From Oculina patagonica (Eukaryota), in the NCBI RefSeq assembly GCF_052425735.1, contig NC_135761.1, forward strand, positions 20,274,001-20,338,000: DNA of 64,000 bases, in the 5' to 3' direction. The first letter of the stretch is position 1, and the number at the start of each line of letters is the position of its first letter. The notes beneath the pieces are model-generated. The model worked only from the letters and a program-made list of their open reading frames with translations, searched no databases and was not told the origin of the DNA. A program made the position numbers and the translations under genes. Of this stretch, positions 10,790 through 24,090 are shown piece after piece.

Positions 10790-13700
10790 CTGGTCAGTTC
10801 ACTCTAAAATTTTTCAACTGTGGATGTAACAAAATTCATATCTTAAAGAAAATTGAATGTTTCTGACATAGCATTTCTATGAAACAGTATTTCACGCCAA
10901 GTTTTCAAAATGGCGGACAGGAAGAAGGAAACAACAAAATAAACTGGACCAGTAAACATTTTACGTCCGTAAAATTCGAGAAATGTTACGCAATTGAGTT
11001 TTTATTATATTAGTCATAGTCTATTTTTCAGCCTTTGAAAATAAATCAGTGATGATACGGTTCAAAAATGCGGCAGGCTGATTGAATCTTCTGCTAGAAG
11101 ATTCTGTTTTGTTGTCATCTCTAGGCAGGGCACGTCTTTCTTGCTAGACGAAAAGCGTCACAACAAGGACATCGCCCGACGCTTTAGCTGCAGTCTTGAA
11201 TTTTTTGGGAAGATCTAAGAGTTCTTTTGCATGTAAACCATGCAGTATTTCTCGATTACACGTGTCGAAAAACGAGCGGTAGTGAATAATTCTCTTCCCC
11301 GTTGTGGAATTGTTTGTGGGTGTAAAATCAAACCAAAGGCCAGAGGGATGCGGAGTCCTGCACACATTGAAATCGGAGTAAGTGGAATGTTTAAATCGCG
11401 TGTTTATTTGTGTTTGTGCTAAAATCGTGTCGCTTGATTTGTCATCATCTGGCGAGGTACACGCAATAGTTGCTATTTCGAGGGGTAAGACACGCAACTG
11501 GGATTTTAATTTTGTAATCTCAACAAGGTGTCGTATTGTTAGAGGGATTAAGTCTGATTTGTTACGTATACGTTGCGTTTGAAGATCTATTCTGAGAAGC
11601 CAAACAGCCAACTTTATCAGATTAGTTCCGGGTAGAAAATATTTATATTTGGAGATCTGTTAGAAATTCATTGCATAGCCCAGTTGGTTATTTATCCACC
11701 GTTTTGCAATAAATTTTTGTGAGCACCGCACACTAGTTCACCGTCCAAAATCACCGTAATACAAATGCTTAGTAATATCACTCAAATAAATTCAATCTTT
11801 TGTATATAGGACCTATTATCAGCGAAATTATTTTCAGTGAAACTGTATCATTCTAGTCCCTATACTTATGTTTATATATTGTTTACTTTTGAATGTGATT
11901 TAAGGCAAGAAGACCACTATTTTGACTTGATGGTCGATCAGGATCGGACTAAAGGTAAAGCCAGCCTTTTTCTGATATTCCTTGCTACGCTGTAAATGTC
12001 ATAGCAATATACTGAGCATTGAAAAGCTAATGGTGATGTTTTTGAGTCAGCTAATACACCATTGATGATAACCATACACCTGTCTATAAGTGAGAACTAC
12101 CTGAACTTTGTAAATAAGTTGATAATCGATATTTTTAGGGTGACTGACTCGCCTATATGCAAACGCAAACCGTTTTTTACCGTTGACTCCTTTCAGAGAG
12201 ACTCCTAGCCATAAGAACACGAATAAGTGCAGGGAGAAGTTTGATTTTGTAGGGCTTATATTGTTATAGGCATCGATCGCTTATATATAATTACTCGCTA
12301 TGCTGGTTATAGGCCTTTCTCAGTTTCCCTCTAAACTGTACGATTCTGTTTTCATCCACGTTAGTCAGGCATATATCTTCTTAGTCTCATCTTTTGTCCT
12401 CGTTTTTGACTGCCTCTACTATACGGGTTTTTTCCTTCTCTTGACTCCAGCTTCGTGAAGAGTATTGTCTTCCATGTCTGCATGTCTAAACATTCTTGCT
12501 ATTTGACAGGTGTGCCTATTTCGCCATTCCACGAACAAAATTCATAATATCTTTAACTCACGGTTTTTTTTGCTTGTCTTGTTTGGAATCTTTTCTTTAT
12601 TTGATTCATTACTATTTGGAGGCTTGCTAACTTTTTTTAAACAATAAATTTTGTAGTGGTGCAAATGATAAATGTTGTTTACGTACAGCCAGAATTTTTT
12701 CACTGAATCTATTCACCATGCATTTCTGGTGCCTGCCTTCGGTTAAAAACATTCTCTTTTAGTGTCGATTCAGTTGCGGTGATTTCATCGGTTCAGTAAA
12801 ACTTCTGTTTGACATACAATTTGAACAACGTTTTACTGAAAGCGTCTTGAAGCGTCTATTTGTCGTAGATTCTATTTCTTTAAACCCCTCTGATTCAAGC
12901 GGAGCGGGTGATACGTGTGCAGTCACCGGCCGATTGCACGCGCTTTCAGGGTGTGCGGTAGTTGAATTTTCCAGCTTGCCCGAAGGGCAAGCTGTTGCCA
13001 GGATATACCAGACCTAAAGTCAGTTTTTTCAAGCCAAAAAATTCTCATAAGCACGATGCTCATGATGCTTCACTTGCCCGACCTCAAAATCCACTAGCCC
13101 CAAGCTAGCGAACACTAACTTCTTTGCACGCAGTCCGATTCAAGATTCTTATTTTTTCAACTCTGCCTTAAATCGACTCCTTATGCTTAAACGACTCCCT
13201 CCCTCTTTGAGGAATCTTGTGGAGAGCTCTCGCTACAGTACAATAATGTTTATTTCTCTTGTCTTGTCAGGGTGTGCCTAATTATGAATTCCGTTCCGGC
13301 CTATGTTCACTGACTCCGCTCGGCAAGCGAGCAATTTCGTTCCCCGCGCACGCCAGTTTTAAAATTTTTAGCCGTTTATGTGTGCATGCCGCTCTGTCCA
13401 GGAGTATCCGAAAAACCCGGAGAAGTGAGCCCTAAAATGGAAAAAACCCTGATGAACTAGTTCTGTTTTGGCTATTGTAAAATCTAGACCATAAGACGAT
13501 TTCCGAAGGTGCTCGTAAAAATACTGATACAGTACGCCACATTGGTTCAAATACTGAGCTCCGACATTTGTTTGCAGTTGAAACAGTTCACACTGAGAAT
13601 ATTACGCATTTTGACTGTGAGACAGTGATATATTCCTTTACATCCGACTGCAAGCTATTTGTGGGTACACCAATTACATGACTATATAAATGAGTATTTT

Positions 13701-14756
13701 AACAATTCAGTTTGTATTTTCTCTCTTTCAGTGCCAACCATGTAGCAACAACTTCCACGATTCTACCCACCACAGGAAACAGGATTTCTAGCTTGTGGAA
13801 CAACATGCATTTGTTCCGGGGAAGCTTTCAGTAAACGAATGGTAAACCGTTGTTGAATTATTGATTCGCTGGATAGCACGGTAACTGAGGACGGTTTTAG
13901 ATGCCAGTACAACATTTCAAACAAAATTAAAAGATTTTCCCATAATCAAATAATCAATTTTTCAAGAATGAAGACCATTCTCTCCTGTTCTTGTTGATTG
14001 TTACTTAACGTTCACAACCATCTGTAAGCATAACTAACCGCAATTCCAGCGTTTTGCTCTGCCTGTCAATACTGATAATTTTTATCTGAACGGTTACACG
14101 CTAACATAGTTGACTATTCGTTGTTGTTTATTTTATTTTTATTCCGTCAGCCATTTTGAAAACTTGCATTTAACAGAAAACTTTCATGGGAATCCTATGT
14201 CTAATATACTTTTCTGCAAAATACGAATTTTGTCACATCTACAGTGGCAAAATTTAAAAGTGAACTGATCAGATTTAAGGGTTGCACGTTTTAAAAGAAA
14301 GTGTAATTACGAAAACAACTGGACTAGCTAGTAAACATTTTACGTCAGTAAAATTTGAGAAATGTTACGGTAATATAAATTTTATTAGTCATACTCTATT
14401 TTACAACCTTTGGAAAAAACAGTGACGATACGGCTCAAAAATGCAGCAGGTTGATTACTGCTGCTAGAAAATTCTGGGCACGTCTACCTCGCTTGATGGA
14501 AAGCGTCACAACATTGCCACCGCCCGACGCTTTCGCTACTAAGTCTTGAATTTTCTTTTGACAATCTTTAAGTTCTTTTGTATGGATAAGAGGTAGCACA
14601 TAATTTTTCAGTTACTTGTGTCGTAAAACGTGCGGTGAATAATTCTCTTCTCCGTAGAAAAATCTGGCTGTGGGTATAAAATCACTGCCAAAAGGACACA
14701 ATGAATGCGTGAGGGATGCGGGGTCCTGCACACATTGTTTTTATCGCGTGTTTATC
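10790..14756. repeat. Local diverged duplication: block B direct (about 10942-11410 and 14317-14756), block A inverted (about 10790-10918 and 14147-14272)
   Basis: Shared AGTAAACATTTTACGTC...GAGAAATGTTACG...CGCCCGACGCTTT...GAGGGATGCGG.GTCCTGCACACATTG in both B copies; CAAGTTTTCAAAATGGC is matched by GCCATTTTGAAAACTTG on the opposite strand. Confidence 0.75.
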
Positions 14757-14764
14757 TAACTTAC

Positions 14765-15012
14765 CTAAGAACAACCCTGTACAGCATAATCAAGTAATAT
14801 AACGATTGAACAGTACTGCTCAATAGCTTTTTTCAAATTTTCTCGCATTATGGGTTTCTCCATACACTTAAAAGTTAGAACCACGTTGTACTGCATAACA
14901 AACAGTTCCACATGAAAGTACTGCTCAGCAGCTTTCATTTGAATGGTCACACACGAGGGTTTTATTCATAGACTTAAAAGTTAGAACTATGTTTTACAGC
15001 ACAATTAACAGT
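14765..15012. repeat. Degenerate tandem/dispersed repeat (roughly 80-90 bp unit); second array at about 62665-62930
   Basis: Recurring TACTGCTCA..AGCTTTCATTTGAATGGTCACAC...AAAAGTTAGAACCAC..TGTAC.GCATAA units. Confidence 0.7.
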
Positions 15013-16284
15013 ATTGGATTATACCATTTAGCAATTCGATTGTTAGCTGAATTTTATAGTAAAAAAAGAGATCGAGTTTTACAAAGCCATATTCAGTTAA
15101 AATAGCGACATGAACTACACCTTTTCACCTGGGAGTGAAAGAAAATTAGTCATTCATCGTTTCTGCTTTTCTGATACGACTTCTTGCCTCTTTTCTCGAT
15201 CTTTTCTATGACTTCTATGGCAGATCAACTTGTGAACAAGTGTGATGTTAAATATTGCTTTGAGCCCAAGGGCTAGAGATGAAAATTCCAATTTTAGAGC
15301 TTTACTCATTTAAAATAGTACAAAAGAAATTAAACCTCTGTCTATAAACTGTCTTTTCCAGCAAACATCGCTCTTTTTAACCTAGAGAGATTTAAGAGCA
15401 TTGCTCAATGTATTCACTGTTAAAATAAAAGGTAGTTAATGGACATACTATTAAAGAACCATTTAAGAGTTTTATATATAAGATCAGTCTACCTTGTATT
15501 TTCTTTAATGATAATGCATATATAGTAACAAAACGTTGTGTGAGGATTTTATAAACAACAAATAATTCGGCATCTCAGTGTTATTTCTAGATCTAAAAGC
15601 ATTTGTTTGCTCTTTAGTAGACATTAGGACTTGTAGTTTTTTCGCTTGTATTTTACTTCTTTGTCCTCTTGAAGGGAGCCCTAATAAATACAATTTACAG
15701 TTTACCTGCCTCCTTCTAGTATTTACACCTAAGGTATTAGACAGGCACAGAATTCTGAGGGAACTCCCATATGAAAGGGACAGGGGTGCCTATCGTCTTG
15801 TTTAGGGGTGTAAATTACGGATTTGTGTCTTGTTACGAATGTTTAGAACACAACACCTTAACCAATCAGGAATGAAAAATGATATATTTTGGAGGTCAAA
15901 AAAACTTGAGCCACGCCCAGATTGGTCCCCCATAGAGGCTTTATTCAAATTTTCCAACAAGCATCCTCATCCCTTTCGTATGGAAGTCTTTGTCCCGGAC
16001 ATGACATACACGCCCGCCACTTTTAAAATTGAAAAGGGAGCGACTGTAGAATACCCTGCAGCGTTTAGCTAGAATCAAGCTGCATTGCGTATGCGGCTGT
16101 ACTTTCGGATTGGGAAACTTGAAACTGTTGCAACGAGCAACAGAATGAGCGTACAGAATGGTAAGTTCACACACATTGCTAGTTTACTTGGGAAGACTTC
16201 TACACAACCTGTACGCCAGACTAGGGCTACGCAGTTCAGGATTACAGTACTAAGCACATGTAATTATAAGCCGCTACAGTCTCA

Positions 16285-16497
16285 AGAGGGTAGCAAAGGG
16301 GGGTGTCATGATCCCGTTTCACGTACAAATTTTAACCAAATTCACGCGTCACGTATACTTGAAATGAGAAGTCACGAATCACGCGTCTTTTCTAGCTATT
16401 TTCACGCGTCCCGGTGTAATTTTTGCCCTACTTTCACGCGTCACGGACTAATTTTTGCCCTTTTCGCGTGTCACGCATAAACCCTTTGTTACCCTCT
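16285..16497. mobile_element. MITE with internal TCACGCGTC repeats
   Basis: TIR AGAGGGTA(G/A)CAAAGGG / CCCTTTGTTACCCTCT. Confidence 0.65.
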
Positions 16498-16505
16498 CCC
16501 AAATC

Positions 16506-17093
16506 TAGGGCTTTCCACAAGTTGCTCGGCAACTTTTTGGCAACTTTTCATGTTTCGAGCAACTTTTTTCCCTTCGAGCAACTTTTTTCTACTCGAGCAA
16601 CTTGTTGCATTTTGGGCAATTTCCAGACCGAAGATCTCCGAAGATTATCCGAATGTTGTTTAAAGGCCATACGAACGTTTCCGAAGATTTACGAAGTTTG
16701 GCGAAGATTTTCTAGAAACGTCCGAAGACGTTTCAACTTTCGGCTCATTCTACATTAAAACATTACAAAAACTCCTCAGCAAACATGACGTCATCATTTT
16801 TCAAATTTTCCCCTTGATATGTTATTTAGATACTTTTTTGCTGTAAAATTGCATAAAACGGCTTAGAAATCTTTTTTTTTTGTTTAGAAATCTAACCCAC
16901 AAAGGGAAATAAGCATATATTTAACGAAATTGTCTTGATTAGAAGCAGCGTTTTGGATTTTTTGGAGCAACTTTCGAGCAACTTTTAATATCAGAAGCAA
17001 CTTTTTTGGAGTTTTGGAGCAACTTTTGAGCAACTTTTTGAGAAATTACGGGCAACTTTTTGGGAAATCTCGAGCAACTTGTGGAAAGCCCTA
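16506..17093. mobile_element. hAT-type MITE directly upstream of ORC6
   Basis: Perfect 23-bp TIR TAGGGCTTTCCACAAGTTGCTCG; perfect 8-bp TSD CCCAAATC (16498-16505, 17094-17101); subterminal GAGCAACTTT repeats. Confidence 0.9.
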
Positions 17094-17147
17094 CCCAAAT
17101 CCATCGTGTAAAATATACCCGAACTGAAACTTTGACTATTTTCTCAA

Positions 17148-17227
17148 TTTGGCGGAGGGGAGACTAAGCACCAGCATATTCTCAATCGAGGATACCCTGG
17201 GCACTAGCGATGCTTTTGCCGCGAAAA
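17148..17227. promoter_or_regulatory. E2F-type sites in the ORC6 promoter
   Basis: TTTGGCGG at 17148-17155 and near-palindromic TTTTGCCGCGAAAA at 17214-17227; ORC genes are established E2F targets. Confidence 0.6.
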
Positions 17228-17250
17228 TTTCCAACTGAGAAGACGACAAA

Positions 17251-20200
17251 ATGGCGACTGAAACTCTTCGATCTGTATCTAAAAGGCTTGGAATTACGGC
17301 AGTGGATGCTTTAAAGAAAGCTGCTGAGCTTGAGCGCTTGATGGATGTGCGCGGTTGTTCTCTGACTTTATCTAGCGTGGCTAAATCTGTGATTTGTCTT
17401 GAGATTGCTGCGAGTAGTTCACAAGTCCAGGTCGACAAGGTAAGCGGTGAACATACGTACTAGGAGAAATCAGCCTAAAGTGATACTTAATTGCTATGAT
17501 TACATCGGCCTTATCGAATTTAAAGTATGTCTGTGATCCAATGATTTCTAAAGAAGCGTAAACCTTTTTATAATTAGCCCACTAAATCCAAATTTGGCAA
17601 GAGCGGCCTGTCAAAACATTGGTAAGGTATAAAAGTCTGGGCCCAGTGGCCCATCAGGCCGGAGCTTATCCCGGTTTCTGTAGCATTAAGCAACTAGGGG
17701 TATTCTACTCCTCCCAGGATGGGATGCTAGTTTATAGAGGATTACCATGACCTCCAGCATTATTTAACATAAATGTGCTGGAACCCATTTATACACCAGG
17801 GTGAAGAGAGGCACTACTGGAGAGAGAGAGAGAGTGAAGTGTCATGCCTATTAAAGAACACAATGTAGTAGCCTAGTCCAGTCCCTGAACTCTCTCTTCC
17901 GTGCGCCCTTTATAGGGGTTGAACCCAGGCATGCAAAGAGAGAGTCCAGGATAACTTGCCTGCGCATGCTCAGAACGAACCAATCAGAAGCGACAAGTGT
18001 GGCGTCACTTGCTTGGGACGGGCGCCCTCGGTTAAAAATGCTCGCTCAAATGACGAAATCAACTACGCGACCGAGCGCGCGAATAAATGCAAGAAAAAAA
18101 ACTGTGCTCAATTGCATCCAAATATAATTCAATAAACAGCTACAAAACTAGGAGTAGTTGACGGATAGCGATTTGTGTTTTGGCCGATAGCTTTTAGTAG
18201 ACACTGACTGGAAAGCTAGGCTTTTTAAAGTTATTCCGGTGATCCAGCTTTAGTACACGGTCGCGTAGTTGAACTCGTCATTTGTGCGCGCGCGTTTTCA
18301 AAAGTGCTGCCAAATATGGTTTTTCCCCCAATTTTGGGGGAAAAACTGGCGCATGCGCATGCAAGTTATCCTGGACTCTCTCTTCGCGCGCCTGGGCTCA
18401 GCCCCTATGTAGGGCGCGCGGAAGAGAGAGTTCAGGGACTGCACTATGTAGTAGCCTTAAGCAGAAGCCTGACTCAGGCTTGAACCCAGACCACTCGATC
18501 TGGAGTCCAGTGTGCTAACCATCGGACCACTGTGCCTCCGGCCCTATTCTGTCAAAACATGGTTGCCATGAATGATGGATAAAAAATAAAATGAGACATT
18601 AAAACTGTCAACCTATTTTTTATCCTGGACATAAACTATAAGCATAAGCAATAAGCAAATATCTTGAGAATACATTGTGTTGTTCCAGAAAATATCCATA
18701 TCCCTCCCAACGAAGGTTTTTGGTTTGAATCCCCCCTTGGAAATTCTAGTTAAGCCCCATACCTTCCTTAAAAAATTTTGGCTTTTGAGACCCCTTACCC
18801 CCTTATTTCCACTGACCTTCCATGGGGTGGGTATGGACATTTCCTGGAAGTGTATATTAAATGATCATATAGTTGCAGTTTGCAGTGTTTCATACTTTTA
18901 TGCATAATTTTTTATTCCTCTACGATTCTTCTTTATTTGTGTTTTCAATAGAAAATACATAATATTATACTTCACCATTTCCCTCTCTTTATAGACTACG
19001 GCAATTCGTCTTTCTGGAATGACGAAGAAAACATACATTCATGCTTTCAAAACAATAGAGTGTCTGTTGGGAAAGCAAAAGGAATTTACCATCAAAGATC
19101 TTGCTGTGCAGTTTGGTTGCATGGAAGCTTCAAACCTGGCTCAGCAAATTCATCAGAGGTGCAAATGTCTAACTGCATTAAATGTTATTTTTGATTTTTT
19201 ATTAATCTTAAACTAAACCCACCCGGAAAACTTGCCAGAATGTAACCCACAAGTAATACAATGAAAAATTTATGACCCCTCTTTTAAAAAAAATCCCTGA
19301 AATATCACCAAATATTACTTCTTAACCCAAATTGAAAATATATTGTGACTTATTATATTATATCATTATATGCATTACAACTCCACCGCGCTTTAAATGT
19401 GTACCTCAAATTTTGAGGTTATTAAGCATTCATATATTCAAGCTATTGTTTAAACTCATTGCCTATTCATTCCGATGTATTTGCCGACAAGCCGGCAAGC
19501 TTCCAAAGATCGCGAAGAGCGCAACATCTTTGATGTAGGTGAGAAGTATATCTTTTGTTCACAGACTGAAAAATATCTCCTGGGAATCTGCTCGACTGAT
19601 TTTATTTTCTATCACTTTCAATGCTAGGAAATGTAATTCATTTACTTAAAAACTGCAGAAGTTTTACGTAAATTACGTGCGCAGTAAGGATGCGCATAAA
19701 CAATTAGCGCGAACGTCCTTAAGCGAAGATTATATTTATTAAGCTTAACAATTGTCGGCGAAGAATATTAAAACTTGGCGCGCGTGCAGCACGGTTTCAC
19801 ATTACAAGGCTAGGAAAATTGAACGCTTAATTTAGTTTCCTGTGTTCACAAAACTATAAATCAATGTTTAACGCGCATTTTTGTGCGGAAAAATAAAAAA
19901 TCAAATCAAATCCATTGTTTGTTTTTTATTCTGCGGGATACATACTTCATAGACGGCACGGGATAGACGAAAACGCTAAACTTTAAAAAACAAAGTGATC
20001 ACTCAGCTTAGATAGACTATAGAGAACTGTCCTTGATTAAAATCTCTTTTATGTGCACTAAAAACGCTTCGAATAAAATACCAACAACAGAAGGAAGCGC
20101 TTAACTCTATAAAAAGCGATTTTGGAGCTATCTGGGCATAATTAACTTTGTAAATCGAGCCCGCCGCTACGCGCTCAGCGAAAACAAAACTAAAATCGCC

Positions 20201-22010
20201 TACAACGATCAAAATAGCTCTTTCAAGATCTCTTTTTAAAGCTCTCAACAAGCTCTTTATTTTTTGAATCAATATAAAAGCGAAAAATACATCGCAAAAG
20301 GCTTCAATCTGCAAAATGTCTGTAGTGGTTATCGGAAGTTCAATCACAACTCAACAACAAAAGGATACGTTCACAACTTCATTCGCTCAGGGAAGGTTAA
20401 TTGCGCTATTGTTACACTCTTTTGAAGTCACTTGGGCGGCTTCTTCCAAAATATCTCACCTTTTTAGAAACGAATAAAACCGAAGTTGTGCGACACAGTT
20501 TCGGCAGCTACCGAAACTTATACCCAAAGGAATAAATGGAGCCTTCAGACTACAATTTCCAGCGGTATTGCCCATTTCAGAAAGACACATCTAAAGCGCG
20601 GTGAAGTTGTAATGGCTTATTGACTTGTTTCCTAAAAGTACCTACCCTTACTGGGAAACAAATTTATTATGATCAATCTTCCCAAATTTATCAGTGATTG
20701 ATACTAATCAAACTAATTTACATTGTTAAATAACTATAGAAAATTCCTTGATTGTTTATACTGACATCAAGGAAGGGTAGTAAATGGTCCTTCGAAATTA
20801 CTCTAAAATGTCCAATTACTTTTCTTGAGACTTCCTGAAAGTTTTAATTTCCCTTGCAAGGCTACAAAAGTCTTGCACTTGCAGAAAAGCTGCTGGGACC
20901 TGTTTACATGGAGGGAGGGGGCAGTGTCCCAGCTAACCGAGGTACCCTGGGCAAGCCAATTTTTCTTAGGTTTCAAAAAACACATCGAAGTGTTTACATG
21001 CTAGACCCGGGATGGCAGACAGGGTAACCTGCCTTCTCAGGGTAGCCTTTCTAGTTGCCCGGGACACCTGTTTAGGCAGGCTATCTTTTTGCCATGTAAA
21101 CTGTAATTATGCCAGGGTTATCCTGACTTCCTAGGATAAGTCTCTACACGTGTTCTTAAATTAAATTTGAAGTGAATAGCATAAAATGTAGAAATTCCGA
21201 TCCCAAACAGTGCCATTTAATCAAGTTTAGTTTTTTCTGTCCACTGGAAAATATTTCTTTGAGCAACAGCTAATAAATTCAAAATTTTCGTAGGAATGAT
21301 AATGCTAATTCACACAAAAATAAATTTAATTTCAGTTTGGTGGTCAAAAGACTGTTGAAATCCCTAGAAAATGTATGCAGTAAATTTCTAAGTGCTAATG
21401 GACATTAAAATAACAAAAGCTTTGAGGACGGCTAGCCTTGATTCAGTAAAAAACAATTTTTTCTTCAATCATTTGGAACTACATGTTTTTCCCACATTGT
21501 GACAAGCTTCAGTGACTCTGTCTCAACTCGGGTAGAAGGGCTGTAAATTCTGCATGTCAAGGCGGGCTGTGTTTCAGTCCTTTAGCCAGGTAACTCAGTT
21601 AGCCGGGGCACCCTCTCTCCATGCAAACAGGCTCTTAGTCTCCCTGTCTTGCAAGTAACAGATTTACTATTTGCGACCCCTCCAAAAGAAGGTAAAATAG
21701 TCTACCACCATACTACTGGATCTAGATTGTACTGGACAGCCCCTAATCAAAATTATCTGTAGAAATAATGCCCATCCTTTTCAATCAAATTGCAGGTACC
21801 TAAGCACCATAAATAATTGCAATATAATTTTCAACCAGGTATAAACAAGACTTTGTTCAAGAAGTTGAAGACATCAGTCATCCAATCTTTGTTGCAACTG
21901 CGCTATACACGGCTTGCAAGTATGTTTCAATATTAATTAACAATTAGACTATGAGCCCAAGTTTTCTATGAGCGAATAGTGAAAGGCGCAACAGAGTTGA
22001 CTATCGCTCA

Positions 22011-22046
<36 letters not shown>

Positions 22047-24090
22047 GAAACTGTAAAGAATTGTAGTCCAAAACCTACAATTTTATGAACTTTTAGGCCA
22101 AAAATCAAGAAAAATTGACCCTGTAAAGAGCAACGCATACACGATTGTGTTCTATCGGCGAATAGAAAGCAATGGGAGAACCAATCAGATTCACAGATTT
22201 CCAATAGAACACAGTTGAGTTTCTACTAATAACTATTATTAATTAATGATCATTTAATCAACAGAATTTGTTAGTCAATAATGTTATTGACAGTTTGTTG
22301 TCTTCTTATCTAAACAGTGAAATGAACATTCATTCCATCATTTTTTTAAGGTATAAAAAGATTAAAATAGACAAGACCAAGTTACTGAACATGCTGGGTG
22401 CAAAGAGGTCAACATTTGACAATCTGCATAAAAAGATGGAGAAAATACCTGACATGTTAGAATCTGGTAAGACAATTTTTCCATTTCAGTTATGAGTAAT
22501 TATATGAATACTGTAAATCCAATATACTGTTTCTTGTCACTTATCAACAACAGATTTTGGAATTTATACCTCTTAGGGAAAAAGTGAAGTTAAGCCCCCA
22601 CTTTCCCCCCCCCCCCAAAAAAAAGGACGACTTGTTATAGAAACATATTCTTACTAGGACCATCTGCAAACAAAGCCTTAGACTTAAAAAGAAATGGGAG
22701 ACTCAGCCCAAGGTTGCCAGTAACCCCCGATGCGAGTAGAAGGGAGCACCTGTTGAAATTCTGGTTTAGTGCTGCGGGGAGGCGGGTGGGAAGTGAAAAG
22801 AAGCGTCCATAACACCGAAAAAACTGAATGAGCTATCATTTTAAGGGAGTGGCCTAAATAAGGGTCCCTTGCCATTGAGAGTCATGATGGATTGCCATGG
22901 ACTGCATGCCGTATGCTAGGGTTATTGAATCAGCGTTCTAAGGCTATTTTGTGAAGAGCCCCTAGAGAGAATAGCTTTAAGGTTCTTTTTAAATTTCCAA
23001 AAAGCATCTCCTTTACTTTTATTGGAAGTCCTTCTTCCCATCCCTCCCTCCCTTGCCTCACCCCCTTCCCCCCATTTTGCGCAATCTCCCCACCTTCATG
23101 TGATATCCTGTTTCACACTTACAGTGTAGATTGTGGGAAAACAAGCAAAATGTGTAGTGTTCATGCAGTAAATGAGAAAGGGGGGGGGGGGGGAAATGAC
23201 AAGGACTAGGAAGAAGGATTGCTCCCTTCATTCCTTTGCTTGTTTGTTTCTCTGACCTGATCATATTGGAAAAGGAAAAGCCAAGCACATAAACTTATTA
23301 TATGTTTTCCTTTTTTTTCTTTTTAAAGCTGAAAGCAACAAAAGGTCTACAAAAAGAGGTTATGGACTTCTAGAGAAAGTAAATGAGATAATTGAAGGTA
23401 GGTCCCTATACTCTACAGTGATGACCCATTAAACTCAGAACAATTCAAAAAAGCCTCAGAAGCGAGATCCATAAGAATAAACCACAACAGTAACGATGGT
23501 CTAGACTTTCTCTCATGAAAAGCTCTTTTTACAGTGTTTTTAATGTTACACTAGAAACGTTTTCAAGCAAGTTATCCCGGAAAACTCGTCTGGTATAACA
23601 CCCTGAATTGAACGAGTCTCGCAGCGTTTTCTTTGCAGGCGGCACTGTACAAGTCAAAGCAGTAGCAAGTTTCACTTTTCGCAATAACTGCAACAATGCT
23701 GTGGCGATTGGTTGCCTGGGATGTTATACTTTGCAACGTTTCTTTCGTTCCCCAATCGGTATAGCGCAGCATAATTGCGACTGAAACAAGTTGGTCGACG
23801 TTTTATTCCAAAATAAAGTACCCAATTTTTTTGTTTATTTTTAACTTTTCAAGCTGTTACAGATTTTTGGCGAGCTTAGAATTTGACATGCAAGTATTGT
23901 TTTTGAGTTCTGATTAGTGTATTTACTTTTCACAGATCAGTCCCATTCATCTAAACAACCAAAGGATGATGAAGAAGGGACAAATGCCGAGGACAGGGAA
24001 TATGAGGAATGGAAGAAAAGAATCCTTGAATCTGCAGCTAAAGCCATGCAGTCTGCAGGAAAGAAAGATAAAGTGAAGAGTAATTCATAG
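17251..24090 (+). CDS. ORC6: Origin recognition complex subunit 6
   Basis: In-phase exons 17251-17439, 18995-19158, 21839-21919, 22351-22466, 23329-23397, 23936-24090. ORC6 motifs: KKAAELERL, VICLEIAAS, AIRLSGM.KKTY, IKDLAVQFGC, HPIFVATALYTACK, and the C-terminal EYEEWKKRILESA. Confidence 0.95.
17874..18446. mobile_element. Non-autonomous DNA transposon with long TIRs and a 10-bp TSD (Academ- or Mutator-like), nested in a SINE in ORC6 intron 1
   Basis: Roughly 95-bp imperfect TIR starting TAGTCCAGTCCCTGAACTCTCTCTTCCG; TSD TGTAGTAGCC at 17864-17873 and 18447-18456; SINE halves at about 17642-17863 and 18457-18540. Superfamily is uncertain. Confidence 0.8.
20896..21636. mobile_element. Diverged MITE (Harbinger-like) in ORC6 intron 2
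   Basis: Imperfect TIR CCTGTTTACATGGAG...CAGCTAACCGAGGTACC / GGTAACTCAGTTAGCCGGG...CTCCATGCAAACAGG. Confidence 0.55.
21940..22235. repeat. Palindromic interspersed repeat (possibly Crypton-derived)
   Basis: Hairpin ACAATTAGACTA...GTTTTCTATGAGCG...CGCTCATAGAAAAC...TAGTCTAATTGT; family assignment is inference. Confidence 0.5.

Noticed and set aside
11144-11611. 155-aa minus-strand ORF as a gene
   Set aside because: TTG start, no recognisable domain, and the duplicated copy near 14470-14750 carries indels relative to it.
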